Shown here piece after piece: positions 40,733 to 47,366 of a stretch of DNA of 47,366 nt. The notes under the pieces were generated by a model. That model saw only the letters and a program-made list of their open reading frames with translations, was not told the origin of the DNA and searched no databases. The stretch's first letter is position 1; every line of letters starts with the position of its first letter. The position numbers and the translations under genes were made by a program. Source of the DNA: Cupriavidus sp. (lineage in GTDB: Bacteria > Pseudomonadota > Gammaproteobacteria > Burkholderiales > Burkholderiaceae). The stretch spans positions 1-47,366 of the forward strand of contig DAIOET010000002.1 in NCBI GenBank assembly GCA_036746135.1, given 5' to 3'.

Positions 40733-41680
40733 TCAGATCGTCGGACTCGTGGCCTGGTAGGTGGATTCGCTGCTGCGGGAAGCCACCACCGGCAGCGTGC
40801 CGCTGCCGCGTGTCATGTGCTCGTCGCCGCTCACCCATTCCAGCGTGGCGCCGCGCTGCAACGCTGCGTAGACCGCCTCGCCCTTGTTGCGTACCTTGAG
40901 CCGCTGGTACAGCGTGCATGCATGGCTTTTGACGGTGGCCACGGAGATATTGAGCATGCGGCTGACAGTCTTGATCGGGTAGCCACGGGCCAGCAGTACC
41001 AGCACCTCGTACTGACGAGGCGTGATCTTGAGCATTTCTGCTTCGTTGTAGCTCGGACCATCCTCGGCGATCGGCATCGACTGCGCCGGCACGGCCGGTG
41101 CCGATGCGATCGGCTGGCCCGGTCGCAGGCTGGTGAGATCGCGCACGGCCACGGCGGCACGCATTGCGCTGGCGCACGCGAACGGCGATGCGGAGTCCTG
41201 CGGCAGGGCGGCGGAAAGCGGCAACGGCGCGGCCGACGCCAGCGAGGTGGCCGCGGGCATTGCCGAGCGCGATGCGGCCGGCGTCGTCACGGCTTCGCCC
41301 GCGAACATCAGCCCTTGCACGCTGGAGATGGCCAGCCGGATGGCGGCTTCGATCACGGCGAGCGATGCAGATTTCGGCAGGCAGCCACAGATGCCGCGCG
41401 CGGCATCGGAAGATGGGACATGCAATGGCAGTGCATCGGCCAGAACCAGGATGCGCTGCGGTGCCAGGCGCTCACGGGCCTGTTCAAGCTGTGCCCAGCC
41501 AGTGGCTTCATCGGCGGGCATGCCGAAGACCAGCAGATCGGCGTTTCGGTGCGGGATATCCAGGCGGTTGATGTCGGCCGGCGCAAGCGCCAGTACGTGT
41601 CCGGATTCCTGGATGGTTTCGAGCATCTGCAACAGCCCGAGCCGGAGCAGTGGATGCTCCTCGATCAGCAAGGCGTTCAT
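40733..41680 (-). CDS. NarL/LuxR-type regulator with atypical (pseudo) receiver domain
   Basis: REC-like N-terminus (LLIEEHPLLRLGL), Ala/Pro/Ser linker, and LuxR HTH ITPRQYEVLVLLARGYPIKTVSRMLNISVATVKSH. GGGGAG RBS. Confidence 0.88.
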   Translation of the reverse strand: MNALLIEEHPLLRLGLLQMLETIQESGHVLALAPADINRLDIPHRNADLLVFGMPADEATGWAQLEQARERLAPQRILVLADALPLHVPSSDAARGICGCLPKSASLAVIEAAIRLAISSVQGLMFAGEAVTTPAASRSAMPAATSLASAAPLPLSAALPQDSASPFACASAMRAAVAVRDLTSLRPGQPIASAPAVPAQSMPIAEDGPSYNEAEMLKITPRQYEVLVLLARGYPIKTVSRMLNISVATVKSHACTLYQRLKVRNKGEAVYAALQRGATLEWVSGDEHMTRGSGTLPVVASRSSESTYQATSPTI

Positions 41681-42515
41681 TCTTATTGACTCCCCGTTTA
41701 TGGGTGAGATGCGGGACGCTTTGCGTGAGGGAAGTACACCGCTGGCCTGTGCGCATGCCGTGGATGGCACCGCGTACTTCAGCTGTAACCCCGTGCTTCC
41801 GTGTCAGTCGATGCCCACTTGTAAGAAGGGCTTGTCCGCGCGACCGGAAGTATGACCCGTACCCTAACCCGAAAGTAAATCTCGCTCCTAAATCGAAACT
41901 TAAATTCATCTTATGGGCTGGTCGGAACGAATGCAAGCGGGCTGATCGTGGTTGATGCCGGGTTGTAATGCGCTCCCCCTCATAATCCATTGCCGGGATA
42001 GTGCATTTGGCTGGAGAAGTATTTGCAAAGCCATCCAGAACGGCCTGTCATGAGGGTTTCACGATTGATACAGCACCTCTGGAGGTTGTTTCACGCATGC
42101 AACCGATTTGAATGAAAATGGCCGGACGAATATCAAAAACTAACCCGGTTGGGGGGTGTGGCATTAACGAAAATCGTGTCCGGTGGCGCATTACTGAAAC
42201 CCTCTGAAAATGTTCCGGATGTCACTATTTATGATGGCGCCATTCGTGGGGAGTCTGGCGGACTAGTGCAAAAGGATGAAGCGGGGATCGTGCCTCGGCA
42301 GGAAAGAAAAACGCGTTGTACCGTCACCGTCGCCCGGTCTGCAACCTACCTCAATGGATGACTGCAACCATCGGCGCAAAGGCAGCGGGCCGGTCCCCAT
42401 GCCCGTGGGTCCGGCCCGCATTACCTTCGTCAGTCACACGCGTTGCGCACATGCAAGCATGCCGCGTTAGCGATAAAGCCAGAGCGTGCGCTGACTTACC
42501 ACCGATGCCCGGCTA

Positions 42516-42821
42516 TCAGCGCCAGTAGCCAGGGCGCTTGTACCAGCCATGCGGACCCTGGACCCAGCGGTCGGGAACATAGCGATGACCGGGGCGCGCT
42601 GCCTGCCAGTAGCCGCTACGCCAGGCGTAGTTGCCATTGGCCCGGTCATAGTGGCCCGGCACCCAGGCCTGGCCGGGGCGCGGGCCCGGGCGCACCTCGT
42701 GGTGCGGCGGCGGGGGCGGGTTCTTGTAGTAGCCGTCGTGCGCCTGTGCGGCAGGCGACAGCAGTCCGAAGATGCCGCCCGTGGCTAGGACGGTTGCAGC
42801 AAGCAGGATCTGGCGTTTCAT
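42516..42821 (-). CDS. Secreted YXWGXW/WXXGXW repeat protein
   Basis: Signal peptide ending AQA, PPPPP..E.RP, then repeats WVPGHY, WRSGYW, YVPDRW and KRPGYW. AGGAG RBS. Confidence 0.85.
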   Translation of the reverse strand: MKRQILLAATVLATGGIFGLLSPAAQAHDGYYKNPPPPPHHEVRPGPRPGQAWVPGHYDRANGNYAWRSGYWQAARPGHRYVPDRWVQGPHGWYKRPGYWR

Positions 42822-42881
42822 GGTGGCTCTCCTGGTTTCGGCGGTAGCCGGAATGTCGTTCGGTTGTCAGGTGCGATCGGC

Positions 42882-43007
42882 TTAGTAGCGGCCGCCGCGG
42901 TAGTAGTCGTGGTGGTAGTGCGGGCCACGTGGCGGCACAACGATGCACGCCGATAGCAGAGCGCTGGTGGTGGTCAGCAGGATGGCCAGGGCGATTGCGC
43001 GTTTCAT
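42882..43007 (-). CDS. 41-aa lipoprotein MKRAIALAILLTTTSALLSACIVVPPRGPHYHHDYYRGGRY
   Basis: Read directly from the minus strand; lipobox LSAC, GGAG RBS at 43014-43017, TAA stop. Too short for the ORF track. Confidence 0.75.
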   Translation of the reverse strand: MKRAIALAILLTTTSALLSACIVVPPRGPHYHHDYYRGGRY

Positions 43008-43496
43008 GTGGGGCTCCGTTTTCGGTTCGCGTTGAATACGGCTTCACTCTAGCGGCGGGTCCGCCGCCCACGCGGTTGCACTTGTAAGGCTGTCTCACAT
43101 GTACGGAGGCCGCGCACCGCCCTTTTCGTGATGCGTCGTGCTGCCCGGCAAGTCTTGTGCAGCAAGGCTTTGCGGGAATGTGACGCGGACGTTTACGGGA
43201 TCTCTGACCTGTCAGTCGCAAGTAATGTGGCGTTACATCGGAAATGACTCACGTAAAGGTTTGGCGGAGGGATTGGCAATGCGCGGGTGGGCACGCAGTG
43301 ATGGCGGTGTCTTTAACCGCCCCGTCATCGCGTTACGGGTTTGCCACGTTATGCGCAGAAACGGGTACGCTTCAGCCATGTGGGGCCAGCTGCCGGTTTC
43401 CCCGTGGTGGTGCGCGAACCGCGCCAGGGGTGGAGCCAGCGGGCCGTGGTACGCCCCACGATGCGTCAAACGCGCCTCGTCATCCGCGTGATGCGA

Positions 43497-43511
43497 TGGC
43501 ACGAAGCTTGC
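43497..43511 (+). promoter_or_regulatory. Sigma54 (-24/-12) promoter
   Basis: TGGCACGAAGCTTGC matches the TGGCAC-N5-TTGC consensus exactly; upstream of the small ORF and cynS. Confidence 0.78.
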
Positions 43512-43548
43512 GCCAGTCATTTCGCCGTATTCCCGGAGGGAGGACGTC

Positions 43549-43689
43549 ATGCCGGTCATGTTCATCGTGCTGGTCCTGCAGGCACTCGAAGGCTTGAGCC
43601 CGCTCACCGTGCCGCAGTTCGCGCGTGCACGGTTCGACGACGGTGCCGCCGATGCGGTAGCGGTCATCGAGCGAACGCACTCGCGCTAG
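43549..43689 (+). CDS. Small ORF (46 aa, MPVMFIVLVLQALEGLSPLTVPQFARARFDDGAADAVAVIERTHSR)
   Basis: Strong GGAGGGAGGA RBS just downstream of the sigma54 promoter; no family recognised. Confidence 0.4.
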   Translation: MPVMFIVLVLQALEGLSPLTVPQFARARFDDGAADAVAVIERTHSR

Positions 43690-43748
43690 CCCCCTGATGG
43701 CGCCGTCTTCTCCGGGATTCCATTGACGAATGACCGGAGAGACTAACC

Positions 43749-44192
43749 ATGAATCGCGACGACGTAACCGACCTGATCATCGAAGCCAAGGTAAAGCGTG
43801 GCATCTCATGGGCCGATGTGGCCCAGCGGGTTGGCAAGAGCAAGGAATGGACGACCGCGGCCTGCCTGGGCCAGATGACGTTCGACGAGGCGGGTGCGCG
43901 CGCAGTGATGGAAATCTTCGACCTGCCCGCCGAGGCGGAGCCGTGGCTGCGCACGGTGCCCTACAAAGGATCTCTGCCGACCCAGGTACCCACCGACCCG
44001 CTGATCTACCGCTTCTACGAGCTGATCAGCGTGTATGGCACCACGTTCAAGGCGTTGATCAATGAGGAATTCGGCGACGGCATCATGAGCGCCATCGACT
44101 TCCGCATGGACCTACAGCGCGAAGCCGATCCGAATGGGGATCGCGTGCGCATCGAGATGTCCGGAAAGTTCTTGCCCTACAAGACGTACTGA
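43749..44192 (+). CDS. cynS: Cyanate hydratase (cyanase)
   Basis: PTDPLIYRFYE, FGDGIMSAIDF and GKFLPY signature motifs. Confidence 0.96.
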   Translation: MNRDDVTDLIIEAKVKRGISWADVAQRVGKSKEWTTAACLGQMTFDEAGARAVMEIFDLPAEAEPWLRTVPYKGSLPTQVPTDPLIYRFYELISVYGTTFKALINEEFGDGIMSAIDFRMDLQREADPNGDRVRIEMSGKFLPYKTY

Positions 44193-44216
44193 CAACGTAC
44201 TGAAGCACTGCGGGCG

Positions 44217-44246
44217 CCAGGGTGGCCGTGTGTGCGGCCACTCTGG
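44217..44246 (+). terminator. Hairpin downstream of cynS
   Basis: CCAGGGTGGCCG, loop TGTGTG, CGGCCACTCTGG (one G-U pair), followed by ACATTTCT. Confidence 0.6.
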
Positions 44247-44272
44247 ACATTTCTACGCGGAACCGCCGGCAG

Positions 44273-44437
44273 TCAGCCGAAGTATTCCTGATAGAAGCGC
44301 GTGCAGGTGCCTGCCTGGCGGAAGGTGTAGGGCAGCTCGGCCATTGCGGCGGCTTCCAGCGAACCAAAGGGAATGTCGAGATCGGCCTCGGTTTGATCGG
44401 CCACGTCGTCGGTGCGGGAAATGTGTTGCGGATTCAC
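44273..44437 (-). CDS. Small acidic hypothetical protein (54 aa, MNPQHISRTDDVADQTEADLDIPFGSLEAAAMAELPYTFRQAGTCTRFYQEYFG)
   Basis: GTG...TGA ORF with host-like GC3 codons, convergent on the cynS hairpin; weak RBS. Confidence 0.45.
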   Translation of the reverse strand: MNPQHISRTDDVADQTEADLDIPFGSLEAAAMAELPYTFRQAGTCTRFYQEYFG

Positions 44438-44771
44438 GGTAACACTCACTCAATCGAAGGCGGGCCTGCTGGGCGCCGCGTTGCATGGGATTTGGCTTTT
44501 GAGGCGGGATTGCCGCCACGCAGCAATCCTACGGAACCATGCGCGCTTGATCATCGGGTATACGCTGAAAAGACTGTTTCAATTCGAGGATTAATCGCCG
44601 TCGGCTATCGGGCCCATAGTGGAGCGGGCGCAACAAATGCCATCAAATCGGCATGCGCGCGACGCTTGTGAAGAAATCCCGCCGCGCGTGTGGCGCAGGA
44701 CTATAGTGGCTGTGGAGCCGCGTCCGAAGCGGTTCTTCACTTCCCTGCTCCACCTGACGCAGGAGTCCGCC

Positions 44772-45515
44772 ATGAGTCTGCCGCCTTGCTTTGCCGACCG
44801 CCGGGAGGCAGGTCAGTACCTTGGCCGCCGTCTGGCCGAACTGGGCTATTCGCGCACCCCGGATGGCGATCCGCCGCTGGTGCTGGCATTGCCGCGCGGC
44901 GGTGTGCCGGTGGCCCATGAGGTGGCCATCGCGCTCGATGGCACGCTCGACATCCTGCTGGTCCGCAAGATCGGCGCGCCCGGTTATCCGGAGCTCGCGC
45001 TCGGTGCCGTGGTGGAGGGCGATGCCAGCGGACACGACCCGCACACCGTCATCAATGAAGACCCGTGGGCGCAACGCGCGGTGGAGTCCGGCGCGTTCGA
45101 TGCCGAACGGGGCCGCCAGCTTGGCGAGATATGCCGCCGCCAGCAGCGTTACCGTCAGGGGCGGCCCGTGGTGGCCATGCGGGGGCGCTGCGTGATCGTG
45201 GTCGACGATGGCGTGGCCACGGGCGCGACGATGCGTGCCGCGCTCGATGCCGCGCGCATGGCAAGGGCGGCCCGGATAGTGGCCGCCGTGCCGGTGGGAT
45301 CAGCGGAAGGCCTTGAGAAATTGCGTGAGGTGGCGGACGAGGTCGTGTGCTTGAATACGCCGGCCAATTTCGGCGCGGTGGGTGCCTTCTATCTCGATTT
45401 CTCGCAGACCACTGACGACGAGGCCATGACGTTGTTGCGCGCAGCCGCGTTCCCGCATGTTGCCGCCTGGCCGCGTGGCGATACGCCGTTCAGGGATGGC
45501 CCGCTTGCCCCTTGA
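44772..45515 (+). CDS. Phosphoribosyltransferase-family protein
   Basis: FADRREAG, LALPRGGVPVA, VRKIGAP..PELALGA and PRPP-binding VIVVDDGVATGAT. AGGAG RBS. Confidence 0.9.
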   Translation: MSLPPCFADRREAGQYLGRRLAELGYSRTPDGDPPLVLALPRGGVPVAHEVAIALDGTLDILLVRKIGAPGYPELALGAVVEGDASGHDPHTVINEDPWAQRAVESGAFDAERGRQLGEICRRQQRYRQGRPVVAMRGRCVIVVDDGVATGATMRAALDAARMARAARIVAAVPVGSAEGLEKLREVADEVVCLNTPANFGAVGAFYLDFSQTTDDEAMTLLRAAAFPHVAAWPRGDTPFRDGPLAP

Positions 45516-46014
45516 GGCGTGATTTCAGGTGCGGTACCAGCCCGCCTGCATGGAGCAGCGCGCGCAGGAAATCCGGTACGGGTTCACAGGGCACGCGCGT
45601 GCCGTTGTCCAGCCGCACCTGCGCGCCATCGAGATCGAAAGTCGCGTGCATGCCATCGGCCAGCACATCGGTCTGCCGGCACACAAGCACTGGCAGGCCG
45701 ATATTGATGGCGTTGCGATAGAACAGGCCAGCGAACGACGGCGCCAGAACGGCAGCCACGCCCAGATGCTTGAGCGCCTGCGCCGCCTGTTCGCGCGAGG
45801 AACCCATACCGAAGTTGGTACCCGCTACCACGATGTCGCCCGGCCGGACCGTGCCTGGGAATTCCGGGCGCAGGTTTTCCAGGCAATGGCGCGCCAGTTC
45901 ATCAAGGCCCGCTTTCATGTAGATGCCGGGCGCCATCGCATCGGTGTCGACATCGTTGCCGAAGCGCCAGATGCGTCCGGCGGGCGGATGTGAAAAATCG
46001 GGGGCAGGGGTCAT
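45490..46014 (-). CDS. LeuD/HacB-like dehydratase small subunit
   Basis: FGNDVDTD, NFGMGSSREQA and SFAGLFYRNAINIGLP; ATGA-coupled to the large subunit. Confidence 0.9.
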   Translation of the reverse strand: MTPAPDFSHPPAGRIWRFGNDVDTDAMAPGIYMKAGLDELARHCLENLRPEFPGTVRPGDIVVAGTNFGMGSSREQAAQALKHLGVAAVLAPSFAGLFYRNAINIGLPVLVCRQTDVLADGMHATFDLDGAQVRLDNGTRVPCEPVPDFLRALLHAGGLVPHLKSRLKGQAGHP

Positions 46015-47330
46015 GCAAGCAGCGTGCGTGGATCGGTGATCTGGCCCGTCACGGCGGTGGCCGCCACGGTGTAGGGCGACGCCAGCCAGACGGCGCTGCC
46101 CGCATCGCCCATGCGTCCGGCAAAGTTGCGTGCCGTCGAGGCAATCGCCCGGCTGCCGGCCGGGAAGCGGCTGGCGCCATAGCCGGCGCACGCGTTGCAG
46201 GCGTTCGGCAGCAGCTCGGCGCCGGCATCCAGCAGCACGCCAAGCGTGCCTTCATGGGCGGCCTGCTGTTGATCGCGCGCCGACGCGGGCGCCACGCGCA
46301 GCGATACACCGGCCGCTACCTTGCGTCCGCGCAGTACGCGCGCCGCCATGCGCAGGTCTTCGAGCTTGGCGCCGGTGCAGGCGCCGATATAGGCAATATC
46401 GATCGATTGCCCCGCGGCCTGGGCCACGGGTGCGCTGTTGGCGGGCGTGTGCGGCGCCGCTACATGCGGTGCCAGCGTCGCGGCATCGAACCGATGCGTG
46501 GAGAGCGTCGGCGCGTCGGCATCGCTGCGCCATTGGCGCGGGTCGATGGCCGCAAGCGTGGCCGCATCGACGCCCGCCTGCGCCAGCCAGGAGATGGTCG
46601 TGGCGTCGGGCGCAATCAGCCCTGTCTGCGCGCCGAGTTCGGTACACATGTTCGTGAGCGTCATGCGTTCCTGCATCGGTAGCGCCGTGACAGCCGTGCC
46701 GGTGAATTCGATGGCTTCGTAGCCGCCGCCAGACATTCCAAGCGTGGCGCAAAGAAACAGCATGATGTCCTTGGCGCAGACGCCGTCGGCGAGCGCGCCC
46801 CGCCAATCGATGCGGATGGTCTGCGGCACGCGCAGCCAGATCTCGCCCGTGGCCAGCACCCCGGCCATTTCGGTGGCGCCCACGCCGAACATGTAGGCGC
46901 CAAACGCGCCGCCCGTGGGACTGTGGCTGTCGCCCCCGACGATGAAGCGGCCCGGCAATACAAAGCCGCGCTCGGGCAGCACGACATGGCAGATGCCTTC
47001 GCCATCGATGAAGTTCGGAATGCCGGCTTCACGAACCCAGTCGCGCGTGAAGTGCACGATGGCTTCCGCATCGGGGTCGGAGGCCGGCACGAAATGATCG
47101 GTGACCACCACGTATCGCGATGGGTCCCAGACGCTCACGCCCAGGTCCCGCAGCAGCGGCGCCACGCGGCGCGGCCCGCTGGAGTCGTGCGACATCGCCA
47201 GATCGACCTTGCACATCACGATGCTGCCTGGGGTGACATGCGCCACGCCAGCCGCGCGTGCCACGAGCTTTTGCGCGAGCGTGGCGGGCAGCTGGACGGG
47301 GTCGACGGCGGTGCCGCTGGACAGGGTCAT
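46011..47330 (-). CDS. LeuC/HacA-like aconitase-family [4Fe-4S] dehydratase large subunit
   Basis: SHD, TDH, GICH, GDSH, IGACTG, ACNACAG and STARNFAGRMG. Confidence 0.9.
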   Translation of the reverse strand: MTLSSGTAVDPVQLPATLAQKLVARAAGVAHVTPGSIVMCKVDLAMSHDSSGPRRVAPLLRDLGVSVWDPSRYVVVTDHFVPASDPDAEAIVHFTRDWVREAGIPNFIDGEGICHVVLPERGFVLPGRFIVGGDSHSPTGGAFGAYMFGVGATEMAGVLATGEIWLRVPQTIRIDWRGALADGVCAKDIMLFLCATLGMSGGGYEAIEFTGTAVTALPMQERMTLTNMCTELGAQTGLIAPDATTISWLAQAGVDAATLAAIDPRQWRSDADAPTLSTHRFDAATLAPHVAAPHTPANSAPVAQAAGQSIDIAYIGACTGAKLEDLRMAARVLRGRKVAAGVSLRVAPASARDQQQAAHEGTLGVLLDAGAELLPNACNACAGYGASRFPAGSRAIASTARNFAGRMGDAGSAVWLASPYTVAATAVTGQITDPRTLLA

Positions 47331-47366
47331 TCCGGCTGGGCTCCGGAGTACTTCACCACCGTGGCC
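47327..47366 (-). CDS. 3' end of probable Bug/TctC tripartite tricarboxylate transporter receptor (partial)
   Basis: Reads ...ATVVKYSGAQPE*, a typical Bug C-terminus; TGA overlaps the LeuC-like ATG. Only 12 codons visible. Confidence 0.5.
   Translation of the reverse strand, partial: ATVVKYSGAQPE

Noticed and set aside
45490..47330. Calling these genes housekeeping leuC/leuD
   Set aside because: The subunit type and transporter context argue for a catabolic paralog; gene symbol withheld.

Overview
GC-rich betaproteobacterial chromosomal window, probably Cupriavidus/Ralstonia-like Burkholderiaceae (inferred from gene styles, not a database hit). About 36 kb (5.4-41.7 kb) is a large Wzx/Wzy-type exopolysaccharide/capsule locus split into many divergent transcription units. 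It encodes wza-wzb-wzc, a second Wzc lacking a Tyr cluster, wzx, a Wzy-like protein, two GT4s and two PglC-like initiating transferases. It also encodes a bacillosamine pathway (PglF/PglE/PglD-like), the wbpABDE 2,3-diacetamido-uronic acid pathway without wbpI, and many tailoring enzymes: three FemAB-like GNATs, ATP-grasp ligase, CE4 deacetylase, O-acyltransferase, methyltransferase and FAD oxidoreductase. On the left are two DUF1839-like paralogs flanking a cytoplasmic GH2 and a Crp-family regulator. On the right are a pseudo-receiver LuxR regulator, a tiny unannotated lipoprotein plus a YXWGXW protein, a sigma54-driven cynS, a PRTase, and a LeuCD-like dehydratase pair behind a probable Bug/TctC gene. 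Best leads: a possible carrier-protein/tRNA-dependent aminoacylation system for an amino-sugar-rich polysaccharide; near-identical GNAT genes forming direct repeats around the wzy-GT-wzx-wbpEDBA cassette; and a recurring CRP-geometry palindrome (GTGCG-N4-CGCAC) in the promoter regions. No rRNA, tRNA, CRISPR or IS was recognised.
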